In this document: piece after piece, positions 8,382-18,718 of the stretch
Position numbering within the stretch: the first letter of the stretch is position 1
Layout of the letters: each line of letters starts with the position of its first letter
From: Blastocladiella emersonii ATCC 22665
Taxonomy: Eukaryota > Fungi > Blastocladiomycota
Direction of reading: 5' to 3'
DNA length: 32,196 bases
NCBI GenBank assembly: GCA_025594325.1
Contig: JANHCV010000020.1
Location: 1 to 32,196 of the forward strand
Made by a program: the position numbers and the translations under genes
Notes under the pieces: generated by a model
Databases searched by the model: none
Told to the model about the DNA's origin: nothing
What the model saw: only the letters and a program-made list of their open reading frames with translations

Positions 8382-11300
8382 ATGTCGTGCCCGTTCCGTC
8401 CCGCCGCGGCTGCCCCCGGGCCCCAGACTGGATCCGCCTACGACAGCGACGGCTATATTCCGGGCCTCGCTCCGATGCCGCGCCGCAACGTCGGCCCGCC
8501 CGTCATCGGCACCGACATGGACAACCAGCCCATGAACGCCCATCTTCCGGGTACTGCCCTTGCCTTCGCGCTCAAATCACCCATCCCGATCCTGCGAACT
8601 GACACTTGAACGCCGCTAGCACTCACGGCAGGCCTTGGCGACGCTCTGAACAGCAGCAACCCCTCCTCGCTCGTCGCGTCGGCTCCTCGTAAGTTTGGTG
8701 GGAGCGAGCTGGCCGCCAACTCGTCGAGCACGGCAGATGACTACCAGGGCCGCAACGGCTTCCTCGTCAACACCGATGACCAGCGCATGCAGGTGCAGCT
8801 CGACAACGACAACGACGACCCCGTCAACTCGTGGCGCGCCAACATGGACTCGTCCGTTCGCCGGATTTTCGAGAATCTTCGCTACGGTTCGTTGCTTATG
8901 ATCGGACGAGTTTTTTCCCCCCTCAGAGCTAACGCGCACCCGTGTCCTCGTCTACTAGACATTGACAAGATGGAGGTCAACATCCGCCAGGCCGAGAACG
9001 AGGTCTTCCGCAAGGTCCGTGTGCCCATGCAGCCGATCATTCGCCGAGTAGCCCACTAACGCGATCCGATGCGATTACCGTAGGAGGAGGAGGCTTTCTT
9101 CATTCGCCAGGATGAGATCGAGACCAACCAGCTGCTCAAGCGCCAGGCCGACGAGCTGCAGCGTGCCGAGGAGACTTATCTCACTATGCTCGAGGAGCGC
9201 AAGACGCGCAAGCACACCAAGAAGCTCCAGAAGCACATGCATAAGGAGGCCAAGGCCCGCGACGCCAAGATCATGCACCAGGACCACGCCAAGCACATGG
9301 TCTTCGAGGTCCGCAACACGCTGGCGCAGCACCGCAAGCGCTTCGAGTTCCTCATCATCCACATCGAGGGCAAGCAGGACCGCCAGCGCGTGCAGCTCGA
9401 GGAGTCGCAGGAGCGCAAGATGCGCGAGCAGCGCGCCCTACTCGACATTGAGACGCGCGGTCTTCCGGAGGACCTTCGCGCCGAGGTGTTCAAGGACTTC
9501 GCGTACCGCATGAACCACCAGTCGACTCTCGACAAGCACGTCGCCGAGCAGCTTCACGATATTCAGCAGCTCGAGCTCAAGCACCGCAAGGAGCGCTTCG
9601 ACGCCGAGGCCAAGGCGCTCGAGGAGGTGGCCTTCCTTCGTGCAGCCGATCAGCGGCGCGTGAACGAGGTCGACACTGTGCAGAAGGCCGAGCTGGCGAC
9701 CGAGAAGGAGCGCATCGAGGAGGCGCGCGAGAAGATCAAGCTGATGCAGCTCGCCGTCCATCACGCGGCCGAGGTCCGCAAGCTCAAGGCCCTGCACAAG
9801 ACACAGCTCGCCCTCTCGGCCCGGATGCAGCGCATGCAGGCCAGCCTGCGCCTCAAGAAGTGGCGCGAGCTGCTCCTCAGCGACGACGACGAGACCAACG
9901 AGTTTGCGAGCGCCTCTCTCTCGAACATGCAGGCGAGCGTCTCGACGGTCGGGTCCGGCGCCGGTATCGGCACCGGAGACGACATCAACAGCATGAGCCG
10001 CAGCGTCTCAAGCAGCTCGGTCGGTAGTAGCGTCTCGGTCGCCAACCACCTTCCCATCGGCGACTCGGGCGGCAGCACCGTCTCGGGCCCGTCCGCCGAC
10101 GACCAGTTTGAGCAGCGCGAGGCCGAGCAGGCGTTCTTCCGCGCCCTCGACGACGAGCAGATCAAGGCCCAAAACGACCTGAACAAGCTGCTCGAGGTTC
10201 TCGCCACCACGCAGACTCGACAGAAGGAGGCCCTCAAGAAGCTGCGCAAGGAGCAGAACGAGGCGCTGCACCAGACCGAGCGCGACATCAAGTCGCGCAT
10301 GGAGGAGCTCGATCTGCAGCAGGACACGGAGATGCGCAGTATGCGCAAGTCGCACGAGGCGACCATCATGGAGATCATGGCGACACAGCAGCGCGAGTAC
10401 CAGATGGACGCGAGTATCCGCCTGGCCGAGCGCAAGATGCTCAACGAGCGCCGCACGCTCAACTCGGTCCTCGACGCTGTCGCCGACGGCATCATCAACA
10501 TCCTGCCCGACGGCACCATCACGCGCTTCAACATGGCCGCGGAGCGCATCTTCGGGTACACGACGGCCGAGATTGTCGGCAAGAACGTGCGCATCCTGAC
10601 CCCCGACACGGTGAGCAAGCACCATGATGGCTACCTGCGCCGGTACCTCACGACGGGCGTCAAGAAGGTGATCGGCGTTGGAACTAGTTCTCTCGCACGA
10701 AACGCGTCCGGCGCCGAGTTCCCGATCCGCCTCAGCGTGTCCGAGGTCAAGGAGGAGGAGTTCCACCTGTTCACCGGGATCGTGCGCGACCTCACCGAGG
10801 AGCGCAAGCACGAGGCTGCAGTGCGCTCGGAGCTCGAGCGCAAGGAGTCGGAGATGAAGGCTCTAATTGACCTTCTCGACGTCGAGCGCACCAAGTCGCA
10901 GTCGCTCATCAAGGAGATTCTGCCCGAGACGATCGCGGCGCAGCTGATGCGCGGCGAGGCCGTGGTCCCGCGCACGTACCCGGACGCGACGGTGCTGTAC
11001 ACGGACCTGGTCGGGTTCACGGCCATCTCGTCGGCGGCGCGCCCGCTCGACGTGGTCGACATGCTCAACGACCTGTACTCGTCGTTCGACGAGATCATCG
11101 AGCAGTACGACGTGTACAAAGTCGAGACGATCGGCGACTCGTACATGGTCGCCTCGGGCGTGCCCCGCCCGAACGGGTCCAACCATCTCGTGGAGATCGC
11201 CAAGCTGGCCCTGCATCTCCTCAAGGCGATCGGGTCCATCAAGATCCGGCACCGGCCCGACGTGACGCTGCGCATGCGCATCGGCATCCACACGGGCCCC

Positions 11301-11702
11301 GTGGTGGCGGGCGTCGTCGGCCGCAAGATGCCGCGGTACTGCCTGTTCGGCGACACGGTCGCGATTGCGAGCAAGATGGAGTCGTCGGGCGTGCCCATGA
11401 AGATCCAGATCAGCGAGACCACGTACGACCGCCTCGAGGCCATGGGTGGCTACCACTTTGAGCCGCGTGGCGAGATGGGCATCCCCGGCAAGGGTATGAT
11501 CAAGACCTACTTCCTCACGTCGCTGGACAACTTCAACCCGACCTTCACCCCGCGTGACGACTCGGTCGCGTCGCCGCTCTCAGCGCTCGCCGTTGGCGGG
11601 ACCAAGGAGCACCGCGGTGGCGACATCTTTGTCGGGTCCAGCACCGTCCAGAGCAACCACCACGAGCACGCTGCCGCTCGCCCTCACGGAGCCCAAGGTT
11701 AG
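8382..11702 (+). CDS. GC-B: tandem paralog of GC-A (helical domain + PAS + guanylate cyclase), ~1036 aa, 4 exons (8382-8550, 8620-8886, 8959-9014, 9084-11702)
   Basis: Same domain order and motifs as GC-A and shares the 56-nt exon (DI-D-x-MEVNIRQAENEVFRK). All three introns have GT..AG with a branch-like site; exon total 3111 nt is open. Confidence 0.92.
10896..11176 (+). repeat. 281-bp block identical to 6870-7150 (and to its mirror 25050-25330)
   Basis: Same comparison. A second block, 11221-11408 vs 7195-7382, differs at only 4 positions. Confidence 0.9.
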
Positions 11703-11997
11703 TGAGCCTCGGATTGGATTGTGAGCCATTGAGCACGCGAGTGGTCCCGAACTTGTCCGTTGGGAGATGAATACACTGTTTTCGCTTGACTGAAACCATG
11801 ACTTTCCACGTGAAATATTCAGCTCGCGCATCCCTGCAGAAAGACCAACGATATGTCCTCCGTGCCCGCGACCGCGTCGACGACACGAGTTCCTCGACCA
11901 CCATTCTGCGGCACAACAAGAAAGCAGGTGAGTTTAAAACAATTCGTAGCTAATCGAAAGAGTAGATCACCCCAAAAACGAGGGCCGACATGCGCCA

Positions 11998-12375
11998 TCA
12001 GGCCGACTTCACGGAGCCGGCGGTCGAAGGCTTGTTGAGCGCAGCCTCAACCATCCCCTTGAGCTTGGTCCCGAGGGCCGAGTCCAGCTTCTCCGTTGGC
12101 GTGGTGAGCAGGTACGCGTCGAGGCCGCCCTTCTTGTCGATAGTACGCAGCGCTGTGGACGACACCTTGATGCGGAAGTGCTGGTCGAGGACGCGCGAGA
12201 AGAGCGAGCGCTCGTGGACGTTGGGCTCCCACGTGCGCCGGGTCTTGTGCTCCGAGTGGCTCACCTTGTTACCGTACATGATGCGCTTACCAGCGAGAAG
12301 CCCGGTGTCGGCGCGCCCGGGCCGCGACCCGCCGCGGAGGAGCGCGCGCTGGACGGCATAGACCGAGAGGGACAT
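11998..12375 (-). CDS. MRPL24: Mitochondrial ribosomal protein bL28m (L28 family), 125 aa
   Basis: GLLAGKRIMYGNKVSHSEHKTRRTWEPNV...IKVSSTALRTIDKKGGLDAYLL is the L28 signature; Arg-rich presequence-like N-terminus. A probable 57-nt 5'UTR intron lies at 12382-12438 (gtgagt...actgac...ctag). Confidence 0.9.
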   Translation of the reverse strand: MSLSVYAVQRALLRGGSRPGRADTGLLAGKRIMYGNKVSHSEHKTRRTWEPNVHERSLFSRVLDQHFRIKVSSTALRTIDKKGGLDAYLLTTPTEKLDSALGTKLKGMVEAALNKPSTAGSVKSA

Positions 12376-12813
12376 GTTGCACTAGGATGCCCAGGGTGTC
12401 AGTCTCCCGGTTTTATCGACCGGGACGCGGATACTCACGTTGGAGATGGTTCACAGGCACGATCGTGTGTGGCGTTGGACAGCGAGCCGCGGAGCAAGTG
12501 TCAATGGGGAGCGTGGGGCGGATGGGCGTATCCCGACCGCGTTGCGTATGGTTACTCGAGGTCCCGGTGCGGTTAACGCTGCATAGGATACATAGATGGG
12601 GAGCGCGACGAGGCTTCGAGCGCTGATCTCGACCTTGCGGCCAGCGAAACAACGCATCGGCTGACCCCAGCTGACTCGGCCGCGCCGCTCCTCCGGCCGC
12701 GCCGCTGCTGAGGCAGAGCCTCTCGAGCGCCAACTGGAGGACCAGTCCCGCTGTCCGTGCCAGTTGAAAGCGTCCCTTCATGCATCTTAGAACATAAAGC
12801 ACTGAAAGAAAAC

Positions 12814-14543
12814 ATGGCTGCCATTGCCGCGTCCGGGGAGGCGTCCCTTGCCAACGTTGTCGATATTCCGTATCGCGTCGACGTCGCCGACGTCGTTGAC
12901 TTCTTCGACCTCCGCACTTCAGTGTGGAGCTCGCTCGAGCGCCACGCGGCTTCTGTCGCGTCCGCCAAGGCGGCCGCTTCGATCGCACCTGCTTTGGCCG
13001 ATGGACCCGTGTCGTTGCCAGTCGTCAAGGTCGGACTCCAGATCCCCGACGAGTTTCTCTCATATGCTGATCGCATCATGCGCGAGCTGCGCTCTCTTGC
13101 AGACGAGCGCGTCGATCCCACGTGGCTGCTCGACGTCTTCATCCTCGCCGACACCCAGTACAGCCCGTGCTGCGTTGACGAGGTTGCCGCCCAGCACTTT
13201 GACGCCGATGCGGTCGTCCATTTTGGCCGCTCGTGCCTCTCCAAGTGCGTTTTCCTGCCGCACCCGTTTCCACGCGGCGGATCCTAACCCAATCTCCACG
13301 CATGTCAGGCCTTCCCACATGCCTGTCGTATTCGCCTTTGGCAAGGTCGCCCTGGACGTCGAGCACGCCGCCGAAGCCATTCTTCACTCGGCGGAGGGCT
13401 CTCAGCCCATCTCCGTCATCTACGACGTGACGCTTATCCACGCCATCCCGCAGCTCAAAGCCGTCCTTGCTAGCCACGGTGGCTCCGACCGTGTTCGGTT
13501 CTGCGACGTGGCGCAGGTCGACAATGGCGGATATGTTCGCTACGTGCCGACGCGGGAAGTTCTCGCCGGCCACACGATCGTGCTCCTCGGGCCCCCTTCC
13601 TCGCTGGTGGGGCACTACTCGCTCGTGTTCAGCCAGAACAACGTATGGAGTCCTCCGTACTGCACGATCATGTACTCGAGCGGTCGCTGACCCCCGCACC
13701 CTGCTCGCACTGTAGCTTTACCACTACAATCCGCTCGACATGGACTGCTCACGGCCGCGAAGCATCCTCATGAAGCGGTACGCGCTCATGCAGAAGGCCC
13801 GCGACGCGAGCATCATCGGCATTGTCGTGGGGACGCTCGGCGTGGCCAACTACATTGACGCAATCGCTGGGCTCAAGCGCATGATCCGTGCGCACGGCAA
13901 GAAGTACTACACGTTTGTGCTGGGCAAGCTCAACGTCGCAAAGCTCGCCAACTTCATGGAGATTGACGTGTTTGTCCTGGTGGCGTGCCCCGAGAGCTCG
14001 CTCATCGACTCCAAGGAGTTTTACCGCCCCGTCGTGACACCGTACGAGCTTAGCATGGCGCTCGACTTTGGCAGTTCGTGGACCGGCGAGTACAAGCTCG
14101 AGTTTGGCGAGGTGCTGTCGCACATGCAGGAGGTGGAGCGCGACGGTGACGAGTACGTTGCTGACGCCGAGGGGGGTGTGGGCGCCGAAACCGACGGTCC
14201 CGAGGGCGCGTCCACGGGTGCGGGTGCTGCGAACGTCAAGGGCGGCGATGGCGAGAGTGACGACGATCCTGACCAGCCGTACTTTTCGCTCGTGACGGGG
14301 ACCTACGTGTCCAAGACCCGCGTCGAGAACAACGCCGAGATCCACTCGCGGATCCGCGATCTCACGCTGCGCGACGCATCCACGATGCAGCTCGCATTCC
14401 AGTCGCCGGCGTCGCAGCACGTCGCGACGCGCTCGTGGCGGGGGCTCGAGGTGACTGCGCGCGAGGACAAGTCGCTCGACCTCGTTGAGGGCCGGTTTGG
14501 CAATGCGGCGGGCTACGAGGGTGAGCAGGATCGAATGGAGTAA
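12814..14543 (+). CDS. DPH2: Diphthamide biosynthesis protein 2, ~530 aa, 3 exons (12814-13244, 13309-13642, 13716-14543)
   Basis: Motifs [73 protein letters not shown]; acidic C-terminal region typical of Dph2. Exon total 1593 nt. Confidence 0.92.
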
Positions 14544-14794
14544 ACTCTAGTCTTTTATAGTATGTCGCTTTGTTGACCAGCTGAGGCATGAGTGTGGGGC
14601 AAGCGCGTCGTGAGGAGCGGCCGCTCAACATTGATCAGTAACGGAGAGAAGCGAGAGTGCGGTGTATTCTTTGGCATGGGGGACGCGGAGCAGGAACATG
14701 ACGTGATGGTCAGAGTGGGTCCAGTGCATGGGATGAAGAAAGGAAGAATTCGGACAGGAGCTGCACCAAGCGCTTGCGACCGTGCACTGCGGCA

Positions 14795-16119
14795 CTAGTA
14801 CTTGACGGGGACGCACTTGTCGATCGGCTTGACGGGGTCGGTCGGCTTGATGGGGTCGGTCGGCTTGACGGGGTCGTACGGCTGAAGAGGGGTCGGGGCC
14901 GGGGTCGCGGTGGCCGAAGCGGTCGCGGTAGCCGAGTTGCTGGCCGTCGAGGTGGTGAGGGTGGCAATCGGAGTAGCGGTCGAAGCAGCCGAGCTCGCGG
15001 TAGTGGCCGAGATCGAGGTAGCGGTCGAAGTCGACGAGGCGGAGGTCGAGGTAGCCGTGGGAACGGGCGTCGAGGAAGACGTCGAGGTGGTAGTGGCCGT
15101 GGTCGTCGAAGTCGGGGTAGCGGTCGACTTGGTCGTAGTCGACGTAGTCGACGTAGCGGTAGTCGAGGTCGAAGTCGAGGTGGCGGTAGTCGAGGTGGAC
15201 GTGGTGGTGGACGAAGTCGTAGTGGTCGACGTGGACGTGGCGGCGGTCGTCGAAGAAGTGGAAGTCGACGTGGGCGCAACGGTGGTCGTGGTCGTCGACG
15301 AGGTGGACGTGGGCGCGGTGGTGGTGGTCGTGGTGGTGGTGGTCGTGGTAGTGGTCGTCGAGGTGGACGTGGCCGGCGTGCCGAAAGCGGCGAGCGCGGC
15401 CTTGAAGTAGGCCTTGCGCTGCGGAGCGCCGGCATCCTTGGAGAGGCCAAAGATGCAGCTGCCGATCAGGTCGAGGACCTGGTCATCGGCGGCGGCGCTG
15501 GTGCCCGTGTAGCGGTCGGCGAACGTGTTCATGGCGGTGCACTTGTTGTTGAGGACGAAGGCCGAGCCCGAGGCAAACCACCAGCCGGCCACACGGAACA
15601 TGACCTTGGGGTTGACCATGACGGCACGGGCAACGTCATCCACGCGGGTCAAGTCGCCGGTGAGCGGGGCAAAGAGGGCGGGGTACTTTGAGGCAAGACC
15701 CTTGAAGGCGTACTGCCAGTTGGACGGGAGCTACAAGAGGGAGGATGGTGGTGAGCGGATCATGTCCGGGGAGGATTCGACAGGAGGGGCAACGAACGTA
15801 CCATGTGAAGGGCACCGGCGCCGCCATCAATGGGCTGGTAGAAGGTGGTGAGGCGGGCCGTCTCGTGGGCGATCTGGGCAACAAAGGCGGAGAAGCGCTT
15901 GTCGGAGCACATGTCGAACTCGGCGGCGGCGGTGATCACGTCGGTGAAGAGCGGAGAGGGCGCGAAGACGGCGTTCATGGCGGCGAGGTAGCGCGGGGTG
16001 TCCGGGCACGTTGCCTCGGTGAGGCCGCCGGTCGGGCGGGCCTTGTTGCGGGCGGGCGCCGGGGCGGCGTTGGCGGTGGCGGCGAGGAGGGCGAGGGCGA
16101 GGACCGCGAGGATCTGCAT
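14795..16119 (-). CDS. Secreted GH19 chitinase-like protein with Thr/Ser-rich mucin-like stalk, ~417 aa, 2 exons (16119-15802, 15730-14795)
   Basis: Signal peptide MQILAVLALALLAATANA; GH19-like AFVAQIAHET, degenerate GAGALHMLPSNW (cf. GRGxxQLTxxxNY) and AGWWF. A 71-nt intron joins the exons in frame, followed by ~140 aa of T/S/A-rich sequence. Confidence 0.72.
14824..14876 (-). repeat. 18-bp tandem repeat x3 encoding (DP[V/I]KP[T/I])3 at the C-terminus of the GH19-like protein
   Basis: Plus-strand units tcggcttgacggggtcgg / tcggcttgatggggtcgg / tcggcttgacggggtcg. Confidence 0.85.
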
Positions 16120-16198
16120 CTTGGTCTATGGGTCTAGGGTCGGTGATCTAGGGGAACCGGCGTGAGGCAGGCGGGCGGGCGGCGGGCGGGCGATCCCC

Positions 16199-16205
16199 TT
16201 ATATA
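16199..16205 (-). promoter_or_regulatory. Probable TATA box of the GH19-like gene
   Basis: TATATAA on the minus strand 80 bp upstream of the ATG, an isolated AT island in very GC-rich DNA. Confidence 0.55.
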
Positions 16206-16857
16206 CGCAGCTCGGCTCGCCGCGGGTGACTCGACGCCGACCAGCCGGACGACCCCAGGGCCAGGCGCTCAAGCACTTCGGGCGCGCTCACGTCAGGAGA
16301 ACGACGGGCAGCCACCGGGTGCGGCGTTTCAGCCCGGGGGTAGCTCTATATCCGGTGGCTGCGCCACGGCCACGGTATCAGCCGCGGGCCGGCAACGCTG
16401 CCCGGCCGCGGTCGACTGGTCTGCCTCGCCCCCGTCGTCCTGCGGCAATGATCGGCGCGCGGCAGCGGATTGGGCGAGCGGGCCGGCCAGAGACATGAGT
16501 GCAGAAGGTCCGAGGCCAAGGTTGCGATGCATTGCAGGCAGGCGGGCCGTTGGGGCGTGAGGGCGGCGGCCGGAAGCGCGCGAAGCGAAACCCCCGGCCA
16601 CTGGCGGGCGTGCTGCCGGGCGTGCCGGTGAAACGCGGGCGGGGCGCCATGGCGTGACCGGCACGCGGCGCGCCCGCGGGCCCTGCGCCACTCGGCCTGC
16701 CGCGCGCCGCGCCGTTGCGAGGGAGTCCCTCGCGCCGTCCCTCGCGCCGCCGTCGCCGCCGTCCCCTCGGTCGCCCGCCCATCGTCCATCACCAATCGCC
16801 GCGCCACGGCGCACCCGATCTCTCGCACTCCCCTTGCACTGCACTGGCACCGAACCC

Positions 16858-18639
16858 ATGAAGACGGAACAAGAGTTCACCCTCCTGCCGGTCTACGGCG
16901 ACGCCGGCGCCCCGGCCCGCAGGCGGAGCGGCGGCGTCGCCGGCGGCGCGCGCCCGCCACGAACGCTGCGCGCCCTCCTGCTGCTGGCCGCGTCGCGCCG
17001 CGGCGTCCTTGCGATCGCCGCCCTCGTCGCGCTCACCATCCTCGTCGCGTCGCGCGGCCCGGGCTCCGCGTCCGCGCCCGCCGCCGCCGCCTCCAAGGTC
17101 CAGTACGTCGGCTCGCGCGTCTCGAGCAAGTGCGGCAAGCAGTCGGCCGTCGCCGGCCTGCCGCCCGTCGAGTACGGCCTCATGGTCGACGCCGGGTCGA
17201 CGGGCAGCCGCATCCACGTCTACCGCTTCAACCACTGCCGCTCGCGCGTCCCCGAGGTCGAGAACGAGGTCTTTGAGCAGCTGCACCCGGGCCTCTCCGC
17301 CTTTGCCGCTTCGCCGCCCGCCGCCGCCGACTCGCTGCGCCCGCTGCTCGACATTGCCCTGCAGGCCGTCCCCGAGGAGTTCCACTCGTGCACCCCGATC
17401 CAGGTCAAGGCCACCGCGGGGCTGCGCCTGCTCGGCACCGACACGGCCCGCGCCATCCTCGACGCCACCCGCGCCATGCTGCACACCAGCTACCCGTTCC
17501 CGCTCGTCGCCACCACCCCGGCCGCCGCCGCCCACCCGGACTCGCCCGCCGACGACAGCGTCGCCATCATGGACGGCGCCGACGAGGGCGTCTTCGCCTG
17601 GGTCACCATCAACTCGCTGCTCGACTCGGTGCGCGACGGCGGCCACACCGCCGCCATCATGGACCTCGGCGGCGCATCGACCCAGATCGTGTTTGCCCCC
17701 GCCTCGCCCGCCATCCCGGACCCCTACCGCACCGCCATGTCCTTTGCCGGCACCGACCACCTCCTCTACCAGCACTCGTACCTCGGCTACGGCCTCAAGG
17801 AGGCCCTCAAGTCCATCCGCGCCCGCGTCGCCCGCGTCGCGTCCAAGGGCGGGCCCATTGCCCACCCGTGCTACGCCAAGGGCTACCTCGCCACCGTCGA
17901 CCTGCCTGACCTTGGCCGCTCCACGGTCGTCAAGGGCCTGCCCGACCCGGACTCGTGCACCGCCGTCGTCAAGGAGGCCCTCTTTGCGTCCGCGGGCTCG
18001 ATGAACGCCACGGCCGCCCCCGCGTGTACCGCGCCGCCCTGCTCGTTTGCCGGCGTCCACCACCCGGACATTCCCGACACCGCCCCCGTCTTTGCCTTTT
18101 CCTACTTTTACGACCTCCTCTCGACCGTCCTCGACGTCACGCACGCGTTCCCGGAGACGGTCCCCGGCGAGCACCACAACTCGGACCAGCAGCAGCAGAG
18201 CGACCTGGAGCCCGAGCATGTGCCATCAAAGCAGGGCACCGCCGGCTCGGGCAGCTCCGCCGTCCCGGGCGCCAGCGGCACCGTCGACCCCGCCAACACG
18301 GCCGGCCGGCACACGCTGACCCTGGCCGAGCTGGACACGCTGCAGCGGCTGGCGTGCACGGACGCGGACGCGCTCGACAACATCCCGACGCTGGCGGGCC
18401 ACCCGGCCAAGTCGATCATCGGCGACCTGCTGCGCGAAGACCCCGACTACTGCGCGAGCCTCACGTACCTCGCGGCGCTGCTGCGCGGGTACCGCATCGC
18501 GCCGACGCGGCCCGTCACGGTCATGAAGAAGATCCGCGGGTTCGAGATGGGATGGTGCCTTGGAGCAACCATGACCATGCTCGACGCTGCGGAGCGGATC
18601 GGCGGCAAGTGCCGCGTCCCTTCGCCGCTCGCTGCCTAG
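16858..18639 (+). CDS. GDA1: GDA1/CD39-family nucleoside diphosphatase (type II membrane, Golgi GDPase-like), 593 aa, intronless
   Basis: Single N-terminal TM (GVLAIAALVALTILVAS) and the apyrase conserved regions: VDAGSTGSRIHVY, ATAGLRLL, IMDGADEGVFAWVTIN, DLGGASTQIVF, MGWCLGA. The ATG at 16858 is preferred over the GTG at 16654. Confidence 0.88.
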   Translation: MKTEQEFTLLPVYGDAGAPARRRSGGVAGGARPPRTLRALLLLAASRRGVLAIAALVALTILVASRGPGSASAPAAAASKVQYVGSRVSSKCGKQSAVAGLPPVEYGLMVDAGSTGSRIHVYRFNHCRSRVPEVENEVFEQLHPGLSAFAASPPAAADSLRPLLDIALQAVPEEFHSCTPIQVKATAGLRLLGTDTARAILDATRAMLHTSYPFPLVATTPAAAAHPDSPADDSVAIMDGADEGVFAWVTINSLLDSVRDGGHTAAIMDLGGASTQIVFAPASPAIPDPYRTAMSFAGTDHLLYQHSYLGYGLKEALKSIRARVARVASKGGPIAHPCYAKGYLATVDLPDLGRSTVVKGLPDPDSCTAVVKEALFASAGSMNATAAPACTAPPCSFAGVHHPDIPDTAPVFAFSYFYDLLSTVLDVTHAFPETVPGEHHNSDQQQQSDLEPEHVPSKQGTAGSGSSAVPGASGTVDPANTAGRHTLTLAELDTLQRLACTDADALDNIPTLAGHPAKSIIGDLLREDPDYCASLTYLAALLRGYRIAPTRPVTVMKKIRGFEMGWCLGATMTMLDAAERIGGKCRVPSPLAA

Positions 18640-18718
18640 ACTGCGCACCACGGGGAGACTATTGCAACACTGCGAATACATGCACTTGAAAGTATCATAT
18701 TACAATGGGAGAGAGCAA

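Noticed and set aside
14910-15410. Val/Glu-rich 166-aa plus-strand ORF and tandem-repeat appearance
   Set aside because: Antisense reading of the Thr/Ser stalk codons; low complexity, not a CRISPR array or separate gene.
16120-16857. ORFs between the GH19-like gene and GDA1, including the 68-codon GTG extension of GDA1
   Set aside because: GC-rich divergent intergenic DNA with no motifs; the ATG at 16858 gives a normal short cytosolic tail before the TM.
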